A stretch of 64,000 nt of DNA from the NCBI GenBank assembly GCA_018970145.1, contig JAGWWY010000010.1, forward strand, positions 21,783 to 85,782. The letters run 5' to 3'. This document shows positions 50,385 to 59,699 of the stretch, piece by piece (positions within the stretch are counted from its first letter, which is position 1; each line of letters begins with the position of its first letter). The position numbers and the translations under genes are program-made. The notes below the pieces were generated by a model. It was not told the DNA's origin. It saw nothing but the letters and a program-made list of their open reading frames with translations, and did not search any database. The DNA comes from Gammaproteobacteria bacterium. Its GTDB lineage: Bacteria > Pseudomonadota > Gammaproteobacteria > Steroidobacterales > Steroidobacteraceae.

Positions 50385-51152
50385 TTGGACTCCTCTCGCC
50401 TCAAAGCCATTCTGGCCAGCCCCAGTTACCGTTTGGCCGAAGACGACGGTGATTTTCTCGAGAGCGACAGCGCGCGAGCCATCCGTCTTGCGCTCGAGTT
50501 CCATCGCGCCGAGACTTATCTGCAAGCCCATGGTATCGAGAGCACCGTTACCGTCTTCGGTAGCGCCCGAGTTCGATCACCCGAAGATCCGCTCGCCAAT
50601 GAGCAACAGCGGCACGACTATGAACAGGCACGCCGATTTGGCTATGACCTGAGCCGAGGCGCCGCACACACACCCGGCTGCCATCAACTCGTGGTCGCCA
50701 CCGGTGGCGGTCCCGGCCTGATGGAGGCTGCCAACCGAGGAGCTGACGAAGCGGGCGCCCCGAGCATTGGCTTCAATATTCGACTGCCACACGAACAGCA
50801 GCCGAATGCCTACATCACACCGGGTCTCGCCTTCAGTTTTCGTTACTTCGCACTACGCAAAATGCATTTTATTTTTCGAGCGCGCGCACTGGTCGCCTTC
50901 GCCGGCGGCTTTGGCACCCTCGATGAAGTCTACGAAGCGCTGAACTTAGTGCTCACTCGCACCATCGCCCCGATTCCCATCGTGCTCGTCGGGTCAGATT
51001 ACTGGGCTCGCATGCTGGATCTGGATTATCTCGTCGCCGGTGGGTACATCGAGGCGCAAGACAAAGCGCTCGTGCACCTGACCGACTCGGGAGCAGACGC
51101 CGCCGCCTACGTGCTCGCGCGTTGCGGCTGCGGAAAAGATGGTGGGTCCTGA
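50385..51152 (+). CDS. LOG-family protein (TIGR00730-type Rossmann fold; long / type-II-like form)
   Basis: It contains VFGSAR, GGGPGLMEAANRGA and the GGFGTLDE motif (AGGFGTLDEV). The only available start is TTG 50385, 28 nt after tRNA-Glu. Its 3' end overlaps tRNA-Lys by 13 nt. Confidence 0.8.
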   Translation: MDSSRLKAILASPSYRLAEDDGDFLESDSARAIRLALEFHRAETYLQAHGIESTVTVFGSARVRSPEDPLANEQQRHDYEQARRFGYDLSRGAAHTPGCHQLVVATGGGPGLMEAANRGADEAGAPSIGFNIRLPHEQQPNAYITPGLAFSFRYFALRKMHFIFRARALVAFAGGFGTLDEVYEALNLVLTRTIAPIPIVLVGSDYWARMLDLDYLVAGGYIEAQDKALVHLTDSGADAAAYVLARCGCGKDGGS

Positions 51153-51215
51153 CAGGATCGAACTGTCGACCAACTCCTTAAAAGGGAGCTGCTCTACCGG
51201 CTGAGCTAAGGACCC
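51140..51215 (-). tRNA. tRNA-Lys (anticodon UUU), encoded CCA
   Basis: The minus strand reads GGGTCCTTAGCTCAGCCGGTAGAGCAGCTCCCTTTTAAGGAGTTGGTCGACAGTTCGATCCTGTCAGGACCCACCA. The anticodon loop is CTTTTAA. Confidence 0.9.
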
Positions 51216-51235
51216 ATTCCGTGGGAGGCGCGATT

Positions 51236-51919
51236 TTACACATATCGCGTCGAATCTGGGACACCTGCCGCGTGAAACCCCTCCCGGCGCAACCGACACG
51301 AATCGCAGACTCCGCAAGCGCGGCCCTGCGGGTCCGCCTGATAGCACGATACGGTCAAAGAGTAGTCCACCCCGAGGCGCATACCCTCTCGAATGATCCG
51401 CGCCTTGCTCCAGTGTAATAGCGGGGCGACCAGCCGGACGCCTCGACCCTCGACGCCGGCCTTGGTACCAACATCAGCCAGTTGCTGAAACGCCGCGACG
51501 AACTCCGGTCGGCAATCGGGATAACCGGAATAGTCGAGCGCATTGACCCCGATGTGGACGTATTGCGCTTCGAGCACCTCAGCCCACGCGAGCCCTAACG
51601 AGAGCATGATCGTGTTACGCGCCGGCACGTAGGTAAGTGGAATACCCGCAGTGGGCTCCTCGGGCACACCAATGGTGCTATCGGTCAGCGCCGAACCCCC
51701 AATACCCGCAAGATCGACACCCATCACGCGATGATCCCGCACGCCGAAATGTTGGGCAATCCGCGCGGCCGCCTCGAGCTCGATCGAATGGCGCTGACCG
51801 TAGTGCACCGAGAGCGCGTAGCACTCGTAACCCGCCTCAAGCGCCATGGCGAGCACGGTGGCCGAGTCGAGCCCGCCCGAGAGCAGCACCACTGCGCGAT
51901 GCGTCGAAGGTGTGGTCAT
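51236..51919 (-). CDS. queC: 7-cyano-7-deazaguanine synthase
   Basis: It has a PP-loop (LLSGGLDS) and a C-terminal Zn Cys cluster ([17 protein letters not shown]). Confidence 0.95.
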   Translation of the reverse strand: MTTPSTHRAVVLLSGGLDSATVLAMALEAGYECYALSVHYGQRHSIELEAAARIAQHFGVRDHRVMGVDLAGIGGSALTDSTIGVPEEPTAGIPLTYVPARNTIMLSLGLAWAEVLEAQYVHIGVNALDYSGYPDCRPEFVAAFQQLADVGTKAGVEGRGVRLVAPLLHWSKARIIREGMRLGVDYSLTVSCYQADPQGRACGVCDSCRLRREGFHAAGVPDSTRYV

Positions 51920-51928
51920 AAGCTTCGC

Positions 51929-52579
51929 TCAACGACCGGGGATATCGCCCCAAAGATATTTATGCAGTTGAATCTGAAAGCGAACCGGCAGGCGATCCTC
52001 CAGTATCCAATCAGCGAGATCGCCCGCCTTCAATTGTTGATGACTAGGCGAGAACAATACAGTGCAACGCTCGGATAGCGCACGCGCTTGGAGCTGTGCC
52101 CGACTCCACTCGTAATCGGCACGATCCGCAATGACGAATTTCAGGAGATCCTTCTGATCGAGACGCGTGAGCTCATCGTACCGATTCCGCGACTCCTCCC
52201 CGGAGCCTGGCGTCTTGATGTCGACGACTTTGACGACCCGAGCGTCGACGCGCTCGAGGGACATGGCACCGCTCGTCTCGAGCGAAACGCGATAACCCGC
52301 ATCGCACAGGGCTGTGAGCAACTCGTGCACCGCTGCCTGAGCCAGTGGCTCACCACCGGTCACGCAAACGTGACGGACCTCGAGTTCGGCGACGCGCGCC
52401 AAGATCTCGGGCAACGACCACCACTGGCCGCCATGAAAGGCATAAGCCGTATCGCAATAATGGCAACGGAGCGGACAGCCCGTGAGGCGCACGAACACGG
52501 TAGGGATACCGACGGTGTCCGCCTCGCCCTGCAGCGACCGAAAAATCTCCGTAAGCTTGAGTCGGATTTCTTTGACCAC
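51929..52579 (-). CDS. queE: 7-carboxy-7-deazaguanine synthase (radical SAM)
   Basis: It contains EIFRSLQGEA and LTGCPLRCHYCDT (CX3CX2C with the QueE context). It uses a GTG start directly after the cpoB stop. Confidence 0.9.
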   Translation of the reverse strand: MVKEIRLKLTEIFRSLQGEADTVGIPTVFVRLTGCPLRCHYCDTAYAFHGGQWWSLPEILARVAELEVRHVCVTGGEPLAQAAVHELLTALCDAGYRVSLETSGAMSLERVDARVVKVVDIKTPGSGEESRNRYDELTRLDQKDLLKFVIADRADYEWSRAQLQARALSERCTVLFSPSHQQLKAGDLADWILEDRLPVRFQIQLHKYLWGDIPGR

Positions 52580-53323
52580 TCAGCGCAACTTCTGCAATGC
52601 ATCTGCAGCCGTACGCGCCGCATCGCTCTCGGGATAGCGCTGCAACAACTCGCCGAAACTGCGCCGAGCATCCTCGTTGCGTTTCAGCTCGACTTCCGAC
52701 AAGCCTTTCTTCAACAGCGCATCAGGCGCCTTGGATCGATCGGGCGAGCGGCCGCCGACCGCTGAAAAAGCCTCGACGGCGCGCGCATAGTCGCGGCTGA
52801 GATAGTAGGTTTGACCGAGCCAGTACTGAGCGTTATCGGCCAGTGGATGTTGGGGGTGCGCCGCAAGGAAGGTTCTCATCCCCTCGATCGCCTCCGGGTA
52901 ACGAGCCGCCTTTAGCGCATCGAAGGCGCGGTTGTACAGCGCCTCTGCCGAAGCGTCCGTGACCACGCTCGGCGTTACAACCATCGGAGTAGCCGCCTCT
53001 GCCGCCGGCGATGCAACCATCGCCGCTCGACGCTCGAGCTCAACGAGGCGCCGATCGAAGTCGGCGGCAAGGTCGGCTAGCTGCTTGCGCAGTTGTTGGC
53101 TTTCGTTTTGTGCTGACTCGATCGCCCCACGTAATTCACGCAACTCGTTCGCTTGGGCCTCCAAACGTTGCGACATTTCGATCAGCGTCTGGCTCTGGAG
53201 AGTCTGCTCAAGCTGCGCCACGCGCAACTCGAGATCCTCCACGCGCACGCGAGTCGATTGGGCCAGCAGCGGCGTTGTCGAAAGCGCCAACGCGCCCGCT
53301 GCAATCCAAACGAGCGAGCGCAT
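52580..53323 (-). CDS. cpoB: Tol-Pal system protein CpoB (YbgF)
   Basis: It has a signal peptide, an N-terminal coiled coil and C-terminal TPR repeats (YWLGQTYY). ATG 53323 overlaps the pal stop by 1 nt. Confidence 0.85.
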   Translation of the reverse strand: MRSLVWIAAGALALSTTPLLAQSTRVRVEDLELRVAQLEQTLQSQTLIEMSQRLEAQANELRELRGAIESAQNESQQLRKQLADLAADFDRRLVELERRAAMVASPAAEAATPMVVTPSVVTDASAEALYNRAFDALKAARYPEAIEGMRTFLAAHPQHPLADNAQYWLGQTYYLSRDYARAVEAFSAVGGRSPDRSKAPDALLKKGLSEVELKRNEDARRSFGELLQRYPESDAARTAADALQKLR

Positions 53324-53868
53324 CAATTAGCGCCGTACACCAACTCGACACGACGGTTCTTGGCGGCGGCCTCTTCACCCTCGCCACCCATCGCGGGACG
53401 CTCCTCGCCATAGCTCACCGTCGCAAGACGCGACTCCGCCACACCTTGCAGCGCCAGTGCACGACGCACTGCCTGGGCACGGCGCTCGCCGAGACCGATG
53501 TTGTATTCGCGCGTGCCGCGCTCATCGGTATGCCCTTCGAGACGCAGGCTCACACCCGCCTTACCATTGAGAAAGCGCGCGTGTTGCGAGAGCAGATCCA
53601 GATCGGCACTCGCGATGACGTCACTGTCGAACGGGAAATAAATCACGAGACGATTGACGAGTTCCGGCGGCAGGCCGACCGGGTTGCTCGAGGCGTCGCC
53701 GACCATCCCAGCGGAAACCGCGTCAACGCTAGCATCGGGTTGAGCCACGGCCGACTCGCTCTCACTCTTGGCCACCGGCTCGGCTGGCGCCTCAACGGCC
53801 TTCTTCGGCGACGAGCACGCAGCAAGCACTACAAGCACTGCGAGCGGGGCGATGAATCTCAAAGTCAT
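53323..53868 (-). CDS. pal: Peptidoglycan-associated lipoprotein Pal
   Basis: It has a lipobox (VLAACS) and an OmpA-like domain (EGHTDERGTREYNIGLGERRA). The start is ATG 53868. The track's start at 53880 is an in-frame TTG created by the duplicated SD. Confidence 0.9.
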   Translation of the reverse strand: MTLRFIAPLAVLVVLAACSSPKKAVEAPAEPVAKSESESAVAQPDASVDAVSAGMVGDASSNPVGLPPELVNRLVIYFPFDSDVIASADLDLLSQHARFLNGKAGVSLRLEGHTDERGTREYNIGLGERRAQAVRRALALQGVAESRLATVSYGEERPAMGGEGEEAAAKNRRVELVYGAN

Positions 53869-53896
53869 GTTCTTCTCCAAAAGTTCTTCTCCAAAA
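53869..53896 (-). repeat. Perfect tandem duplication (2 x 14 nt) of the pal ribosome-binding region
   Basis: The minus strand reads TTTTGGAGAAGAAC TTTTGGAGAAGAAC ATG. Copies lie at 53869-53882 and 53883-53896. Confidence 0.9.
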
Positions 53897-53937
53897 GCTG
53901 AGGGGCAAATTATGACAGGAAGCGACGCACAAGACCG

Positions 53938-55179
53938 TCAGGGCAGGAATGGACCCCACGCCGGATCGCGAACATCGCCCCGATCCGCCTTCAAGCGCTG
54001 AGAGATGAGTCCATCCGCAGAAACCGTCGCGAGGACACCCTGCCCACGCTCCCGCGCGGCATAGATCAGCGTGCCGCCATCGGGTGAGTAGCCGGGCGAT
54101 TCATCCTGCGACCCCTTCGACAAGACGGACATCGATCCGTTCCCAAGATCCTGCACCGCGACCCGATAGCCACCACCATCGCGGGTAATGAACGCGAGTT
54201 GCTTGCCATCGGGCGAGAGACGCGGCCGAGCGTTGTAGTTGCTACCGAAAGTAACGCGGACGGCCGTGGCGCCCGCGCGCGGCTCGGTTCGATAGACCTG
54301 CGGACCGCCGCCGCGATCAGAGGTGAAGAACAAACGCGTGCCGTCGCTCGACCAGACCGGTTCCGTATCGATGGCGGGATGCTCGGTCACTCGCGTCAAG
54401 GCACCGCTTGCGATTTCGAGTACGTAGATATCGAGGTTGCCCGCGGGCGATGACAGCGTCAACGCCAAGCGCCTACCGTCGGACGACCAAGCAGGCGCAT
54501 TGTTGACGCCAGCGCGGTCCGAAACGCGCCGACGCTCTGCGGTGCGCAAGCGCTGCACGTAGATCGCGGCACGACGCGTCTCGAACGACACGTAAGCCAA
54601 CTGCTCACCATCGGGCGACCACGCGGGTGACATCAACGGCTGCTTCGACTCGAGGATCACACGAGAATTTTCGCCATCCGCATCCGCCACGATGAGCTGG
54701 TATCGCTGCGTCGGTGGACGCCCATCGACCGAGACATACGCGATGCGTGTCGCAAACGAGCTGCGCGCGCCAATAATACGCTCGTAGATCTTATCGGCAA
54801 TTCGATGCGCGGCGTTACGCCAAGCTTGCGGCGATGCCACCATACGCTCGCGCAATAATTTTTGGCCGGTCAATAAATTACTTAGCTCGTAATCGATCTG
54901 ATGTCGACCATCCGGCAGGACGGCATGACGTCCCATCACGAGATAGTCCGATCGATTCGCAGCGCCCGCCAAAAATCTTCCACTGCGCGTCAAATCAGCC
55001 GCGACCACCTCGCTTGAAGGTCGCGGGTCGGTATCGAAGGGCAACACGGCAATCGGAATCGGGTCGGTCACACCGGAGGTGATATCGATCTTCAGTTGCG
55101 CTGGCGCTGCCATCGTCGCGAGCAGTGCGAGTGCAGCCCACCACCCCCTCGTGGCGGTGCCTCGGGAAGATTTAATCAT
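53938..55179 (-). CDS. tolB: Tol-Pal system beta-propeller protein TolB
   Basis: It has a signal peptide, the TolB N-domain and repeated propeller blades (PAWSPDG, PVWSSDG, PRLSPDG, PGYSPDG). Confidence 0.95.
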   Translation of the reverse strand: MIKSSRGTATRGWWAALALLATMAAPAQLKIDITSGVTDPIPIAVLPFDTDPRPSSEVVAADLTRSGRFLAGAANRSDYLVMGRHAVLPDGRHQIDYELSNLLTGQKLLRERMVASPQAWRNAAHRIADKIYERIIGARSSFATRIAYVSVDGRPPTQRYQLIVADADGENSRVILESKQPLMSPAWSPDGEQLAYVSFETRRAAIYVQRLRTAERRRVSDRAGVNNAPAWSSDGRRLALTLSSPAGNLDIYVLEIASGALTRVTEHPAIDTEPVWSSDGTRLFFTSDRGGGPQVYRTEPRAGATAVRVTFGSNYNARPRLSPDGKQLAFITRDGGGYRVAVQDLGNGSMSVLSKGSQDESPGYSPDGGTLIYAARERGQGVLATVSADGLISQRLKADRGDVRDPAWGPFLP

Positions 55180-55963
55180 AGGGTCTGAACCTCAACTCCA
55201 AAGTACGCTCGAACAAGGCCGGATCGGGCGGTGGCGGCAACGGTGAGGCACGAAACACCGCCGCTTCGATCGACTGTTTGACCGCCTCATCGCCGTTACA
55301 GCTACGCACCTCGGCGCGGACGACCGTGCCGCCAGGAACCTGCGTGACGATGACGAGGCAATCGAGCCCGGCCTTGGCGCTCGGTGGTCGTATCCAGGCA
55401 CGTTGCACGCGCGCTTGGATGGCCTGCGCCCATTGTGCACCGAGACCGGCGAGGCGCGAGGCATTGCGACGATCCTCCTCGGCGCTTAGCGCACGTTGTA
55501 ACTCGGCTTCGCGCTCGGCCTTGATGCGCCGATCATCGGCCTCGGCGGCAGCCTTGCGCTTGGCTTCCGCCTCCGCCTCGGCGGCGGCCTTGCGCTTGGC
55601 TTCCGCCTCCGCTTTGCGCTGGGTCTCGACGACGCGCTTGGCTTCCGCCTCGCGTTGCGCTTGCTCCTTCGCACGGTCGGGCTTCGGCGGAGCCGGCTCG
55701 GCTGGTGGCTCTGGGGCTGGCGTAAGTTCTTGCGGCGGCGCAGGTTCCAGTTCCGGCTGCGGTTCAACCGGCGACTGTCGATCCGGCTGCAACGCACCGA
55801 TGTCCCTCGTATCGACGATAATTGCCTCAATGGCAAGTGTTTGCAGCGGTGGCGTGGAAGTCGACGTCACCCACCATCCGCCTGCCACGATCCCGGCCAC
55901 GAGCGCACCGTGCAGCAGCGCCGAGAGGATAAAGGGTCGCCAACGCCCTGCGTGTGCCGTCAT
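55172..55963 (-). CDS. tolA: Cell envelope integrity protein TolA
   Basis: It has an N-terminal TM helix, a Pro-rich linker, an AEAKRKAAAEAE-type helical repeat domain and a C-terminal TolA domain III. Confidence 0.8.
   Translation of the reverse strand: MTAHAGRWRPFILSALLHGALVAGIVAGGWWVTSTSTPPLQTLAIEAIIVDTRDIGALQPDRQSPVEPQPELEPAPPQELTPAPEPPAEPAPPKPDRAKEQAQREAEAKRVVETQRKAEAEAKRKAAAEAEAEAKRKAAAEADDRRIKAEREAELQRALSAEEDRRNASRLAGLGAQWAQAIQARVQRAWIRPPSAKAGLDCLVIVTQVPGGTVVRAEVRSCNGDEAVKQSIEAAVFRASPLPPPPDPALFERTLELRFRPYD
55551..55622 (-). repeat. 36-nt tandem repeat inside tolA domain II
   Basis: GCCTTGCGCTTGGCTTCCGCCTCCGC occurs at 55551-55576 and again at 55587-55612, a period of 36 nt or 12 aa (AEAEAKRKAAAE). 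A third degenerate copy follows near 55634. Confidence 0.85.
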
Positions 55964-56397
55964 GAGCGTGGCAATGGCTCGGTCAAAAATCCGACCTTGG
56001 CCGCACCGGCGCGCTGCAGGAGAACCATCGCCTCGACGACACGCCCGTATGGCACAGCGCGATCGCCTTTGACGAACACCGGTACACCGGGCGTTCGGCG
56101 CAACAGTGCCGCCACGCGCGATTCCAGTATGACATCGTCGAGCGCCTCGCTCGGGTTTTCACCTTGGTTGAGAAATAGCCTGCCCTCGGCATCGATGGAG
56201 ATGACGATCGGCGGCGTATTTTTAAAATCATCAGGATCGATGGCTTCCGCTTCGGCCTGTGGCAAATCAACTTTAATCCCTTGGGTCAACAGCGGTGCGG
56301 TCACCATGAAAATGATCAGCAGCACCAGCATCACGTCGATATAGGGAACGACGTTGATCTCGCTCATCGGGCGGCGGCCCCGCTTCAGCTGTGCCAT
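55960..56397 (-). CDS. tolR: Tol-Pal system protein TolR (ExbD family)
   Basis: It has an ExbD/TolR N-terminus (INVVPYIDVMLVLLIIFMV). Its stop overlaps the tolA ATG. Confidence 0.9.
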   Translation of the reverse strand: MAQLKRGRRPMSEINVVPYIDVMLVLLIIFMVTAPLLTQGIKVDLPQAEAEAIDPDDFKNTPPIVISIDAEGRLFLNQGENPSEALDDVILESRVAALLRRTPGVPVFVKGDRAVPYGRVVEAMVLLQRAGAAKVGFLTEPLPRS

Positions 56398-56412
56398 GTG
56401 GGCGCTTCGACC

Positions 56413-57090
56413 TCAACTCACGCTGCGCGTCGCGTGACGCTGCAGGATGGTGGAGAACTCCTCCATGAAGGCGTCGTAGCGGCTCTCGAGCCGCCACACC
56501 TGATCAGCGTAGCGGTTGTAAGCCACCACCGCAGGAATCGCAGCGAATAAGCCGATGGCCGTCGCAATCAAGGCTTCGGCGATACCAGGTGCAACAGTCG
56601 CCAGCGTCGCCTGCTGCACCGAGCCCAAGCCGACGAACGCGTGCATGATGCCCCACACCGTTCCGAACAGACCCACGTACGGACTCGTGGAGCCGACGGT
56701 GGCGAGGTTCGAAAGACCTTGCTCGAGGTTCTCGATTTCTTTGATCTGCTGAGCTTTCATCGCGCGTCTCGCGCCCTCGAGCAGAACATCTGCACTATCC
56801 ACACCCTGTTGCTTCAACCGCGCGAATTCACGAAACCCCGCCTGGAAGATGCTGTCGATGCCGGCGGCGCGCCCGCGCGCTTCGATACTCTTGTAAAGCG
56901 CAGCCAGATCGCCGCCCGACCAAAACTCGCGATCGAAACGTTGCAGGTCATCCGACGCCGATCGCAACACTTTACGCTTGCGAAAGATGATGCCCCACGA
57001 ATAGACGGAGGCCGCCAGCAGCAACGCCATCACGGCCTGAACCACGATGGTGGCCTCGGCGATCAAGCGCAGAATAGACAAATCATTCAA
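56413..57090 (-). CDS. tolQ: Tol-Pal system protein TolQ (MotA/ExbB family)
   Basis: The sequence from (M)[16 protein letters not shown] aligns with the E. coli TolQ N-terminus. The TTG start at 57090 overlaps the ybgC stop (TTGA). It also has the MotA/TolQ/ExbB channel block. Confidence 0.9.
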   Translation of the reverse strand: MNDLSILRLIAEATIVVQAVMALLLAASVYSWGIIFRKRKVLRSASDDLQRFDREFWSGGDLAALYKSIEARGRAAGIDSIFQAGFREFARLKQQGVDSADVLLEGARRAMKAQQIKEIENLEQGLSNLATVGSTSPYVGLFGTVWGIMHAFVGLGSVQQATLATVAPGIAEALIATAIGLFAAIPAVVAYNRYADQVWRLESRYDAFMEEFSTILQRHATRSVS

Positions 57091-57488
57091 GGCAGATACT
57101 CCGACATGCGCCGCGGACGCAGCGACTTGGCATCGACACAAACCACACGGACTCGACCCTCGATCAGAAGTTCCCCATCGGCCCGATGAATCGCCTGTTC
57201 GAAAATCGCACTGGTTCGACCATCGGGAGCAGCTCGACAACTGATGATCAACTCATCATCGAGCCGCGCGGGCGCGCGATAATCGACCTCGACTCGCAAC
57301 ACCATGAACAGGACACCACGCTCTCGCTCAAGCGAGGACTGTGACACGCCGAGGACACGCAACCATTCGGTGCGAGCGCGTTCCATGAATTTGAGATAGT
57401 TGGCGTAGTAAACGACGCCACCAGCGTCGGTATCTTCCCAGTAGACCCGCACCGGCCAGGTCCATCTCTCGTCAAACAATCGACTCAT
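57087..57488 (-). CDS. ybgC: Tol-Pal-associated acyl-CoA thioesterase YbgC (hotdog fold)
   Basis: It has the [22 protein letters not shown] hotdog 4HBT motif and sits upstream of tolQ. Confidence 0.85.
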   Translation of the reverse strand: MSRLFDERWTWPVRVYWEDTDAGGVVYYANYLKFMERARTEWLRVLGVSQSSLERERGVLFMVLRVEVDYRAPARLDDELIISCRAAPDGRTSAIFEQAIHRADGELLIEGRVRVVCVDAKSLRPRRMSEYLP

Positions 57489-58522
57489 GCATCCTCACCG
57501 AACAGCGGCATCGCGGTAGCCGGACGCGCGGGCGGCGTCAGTCCAAAGTGCAGATAGGCATTACGGGTTGCGATACGACCACGCGCCGTGCGCATCAAAA
57601 AGCCCTGCTGGATCAAAAATGGTTCGATCACATCCTCAAGAGTGCCGCGCTCTTCGCCGATAGCCGCAGCCAAACTATCGATGCCAACCGGACCACCATC
57701 GAATTTGTCGATAATCGTCATGAGCAACTTGCGATCGAGCAGATCGAAACCGAGCGGATCGACCTCGAGCAAGTCGAGCGCAGCCGCGGCCATCGCCGCC
57801 GTGATGGTGCCATCGCCCTTCACCTGAGCGTAGTCGCGGGCGCGGCGCAGCAGACGATTGGCGATGCGCGGTGTCCCACGTGAACGCTCGGCGATCCGCT
57901 TCGCACCTTCACTCACGAGCGGCACACCGAGTATTCCCGCCGAGCGCGTCACAACGTCGGTGAGGTCGGCGACATCGTAAAACTCGAGGCGCTGCACGAT
58001 GCCGAAGCGATCGCGCAACGGCGAGGTCAACAAGCCTGCACGGGTGGTGGCACCGACCAGGGTAAAGGGGGGCAGACTGAGTTTGATGGAACGCGCCGCC
58101 GGCCCTTCGCCGATCATGATGTCAAGCTGATAGTCCTCCATCGCGGGATAGAGCACTTCCTCGACCACGGGTGACAGCCGATGGATCTCATCGACGAAGA
58201 GCACATCACGCGGTTGCAGGTTCGTTAGCAGTGCCGCGAGATCACCCGGTCTTTCCAACACGGGACCGGAGGTCTGCTTGAGATTGACCCCCATCTCAGC
58301 GGCCAAAATATTCGCGAGCGTCGTCTTGCCGAGACCGGGCGGACCGAAAATCAGCACGTGATCGAGTGCTTCACCGCGGCTGCGCGCCGCACCGATGAAA
58401 ATCTCGAGCTGCTGTTTCACCGGGCGTTGGCCGATATAGTCCGCCAGACGTTTCGGCCGGATCGCCCGATCAATGGCCTCTTCCTCGCGCGAACCCTCTG
58501 CACTAATGACACGCTCGGTCAT
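57485..58522 (-). CDS. ruvB: Holliday junction branch migration ATPase RuvB
   Basis: It has an AAA+ Walker A (GPPGLGKTT) and a Walker B (LFVDEIHRL), plus the C-terminal winged helix. Confidence 0.95.
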   Translation of the reverse strand: MTERVISAEGSREEEAIDRAIRPKRLADYIGQRPVKQQLEIFIGAARSRGEALDHVLIFGPPGLGKTTLANILAAEMGVNLKQTSGPVLERPGDLAALLTNLQPRDVLFVDEIHRLSPVVEEVLYPAMEDYQLDIMIGEGPAARSIKLSLPPFTLVGATTRAGLLTSPLRDRFGIVQRLEFYDVADLTDVVTRSAGILGVPLVSEGAKRIAERSRGTPRIANRLLRRARDYAQVKGDGTITAAMAAAALDLLEVDPLGFDLLDRKLLMTIIDKFDGGPVGIDSLAAAIGEERGTLEDVIEPFLIQQGFLMRTARGRIATRNAYLHFGLTPPARPATAMPLFGEDA

Positions 58523-59106
58523 TTAGCAGCCCCTTGCAGCGCCTTGCGGATGAGATCCTCGGTGCTGTTCGTCCCCGTACCGACTGCCTTGATGAGCCTT
58601 GTTGCCTCTGCAGGCTTGTAACCCAGGGCAACCAGCGCCGAGAAGGCCTCGCCCTCGGGTCCTGCAACTGACATCTCCGCCGCGACCCTCGGATCACCTT
58701 GATCCGATTCGAGCCGATCACGCATCTCGATGAGGAGTCGCTCAGCCGTTTTGCGACCAACCCCGGGGATCTTGGTAAGTGCACTGACATCGCCCGCGCG
58801 GACACAGGCCGCAAACCCCTCGACGGTTGTACCCGATAGGATCGCAAGTGCAATCCTCGGTCCGACGCCTTGCACCTTCAGCAGATGCCGAAACAAACGT
58901 CGCTCGTCCGGGCTACCGAATGCATAGAGGATATGGGCATCTTCGCGAACGACGAGATGGGTCAACAAGCGCGTGGTTTCACCCACGGCGGGCAAACTGT
59001 AAAACGTCGACATCGGCGCTTCGAGCTCGTACCCGACACCGCCCACCTCCAACAACAGTTGGGGCGGCGCTTTGATGACGATCTTGCCAGTCAGCGAACC
59101 GATCAT
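58519..59106 (-). CDS. ruvA: Holliday junction DNA-binding protein RuvA
   Basis: It begins MIGSLTGKI...VGGVGYE, and has HhH motifs ([25 protein letters not shown]). Confidence 0.95.
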   Translation of the reverse strand: MIGSLTGKIVIKAPPQLLLEVGGVGYELEAPMSTFYSLPAVGETTRLLTHLVVREDAHILYAFGSPDERRLFRHLLKVQGVGPRIALAILSGTTVEGFAACVRAGDVSALTKIPGVGRKTAERLLIEMRDRLESDQGDPRVAAEMSVAGPEGEAFSALVALGYKPAEATRLIKAVGTGTNSTEDLIRKALQGAAK

Positions 59107-59699
59107 GCCGTGCCCGCCGCGAGCAGTGCACGCAGACGACGATGGTGCGCATGGCAGAGCGCCACGGCGAGCGCGTCGGCCGCATCGGCGGTCAAACGCT
59201 CATCGAGATCGAGCATGCTGCGCATCATGTGAACCACCTGCATCTTGTCTGCACCACCGAAACCGACTACCGCGAGCTTGATCGCGCGCGGCGCATATTC
59301 GGCCAGCGCGATCGTTTCACCGATGGCCGCGAGGGCTGCGCCACGAGCCTGCCCCAACTTCAGGGCACTATCGACATTTCGACTGACAAACACTTTCTCG
59401 ACGGCCACCTCGGTCGGCGTAAACCGGGCGATCAGTTCGCGCACCCCGGCATGGATCCGCGCGAGACGCGCCTGTACCTCGAGACCGTCGACCTCGATAC
59501 GACCCTGTGCGAGACAGCGTTGCGTTCCGGGTCCGATTTCGAGTACACCAAAACCCGTCCTTCTCGAGCCCGGATCGAGACCGAGGATACGAACCGATGT
59601 CGTGAGATCGGACGTCGCCGCCGTTGGCGTCGGGCTGGCCGCCGCAGTGGCGGACTCTGGGTTGAAGGCGCGCCAAGACTTGGAGCGATATCGCGACAT
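59103..59699 (-). CDS. ruvC: Crossover junction endodeoxyribonuclease RuvC with ~35-aa N-terminal extension
   Basis: The RuvC core starts at VRILGLDPGSRRTGFGV. The only in-frame ATG/GTG/TTG upstream of the core is ATG 59699. Confidence 0.85.
   Translation of the reverse strand: MSRYRSKSWRAFNPESATAAASPTPTAATSDLTTSVRILGLDPGSRRTGFGVLEIGPGTQRCLAQGRIEVDGLEVQARLARIHAGVRELIARFTPTEVAVEKVFVSRNVDSALKLGQARGAALAAIGETIALAEYAPRAIKLAVVGFGGADKMQVVHMMRSMLDLDERLTADAADALAVALCHAHHRRLRALLAAGTA

Noticed and set aside
50281-51215. The tRNA-flanked LOG gene considered as a small integrated island.
   Set aside because: - I could see no integrase or recombinase, no direct repeats of the tRNA 3' ends, and no compositional shift.
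- It is a single gene.
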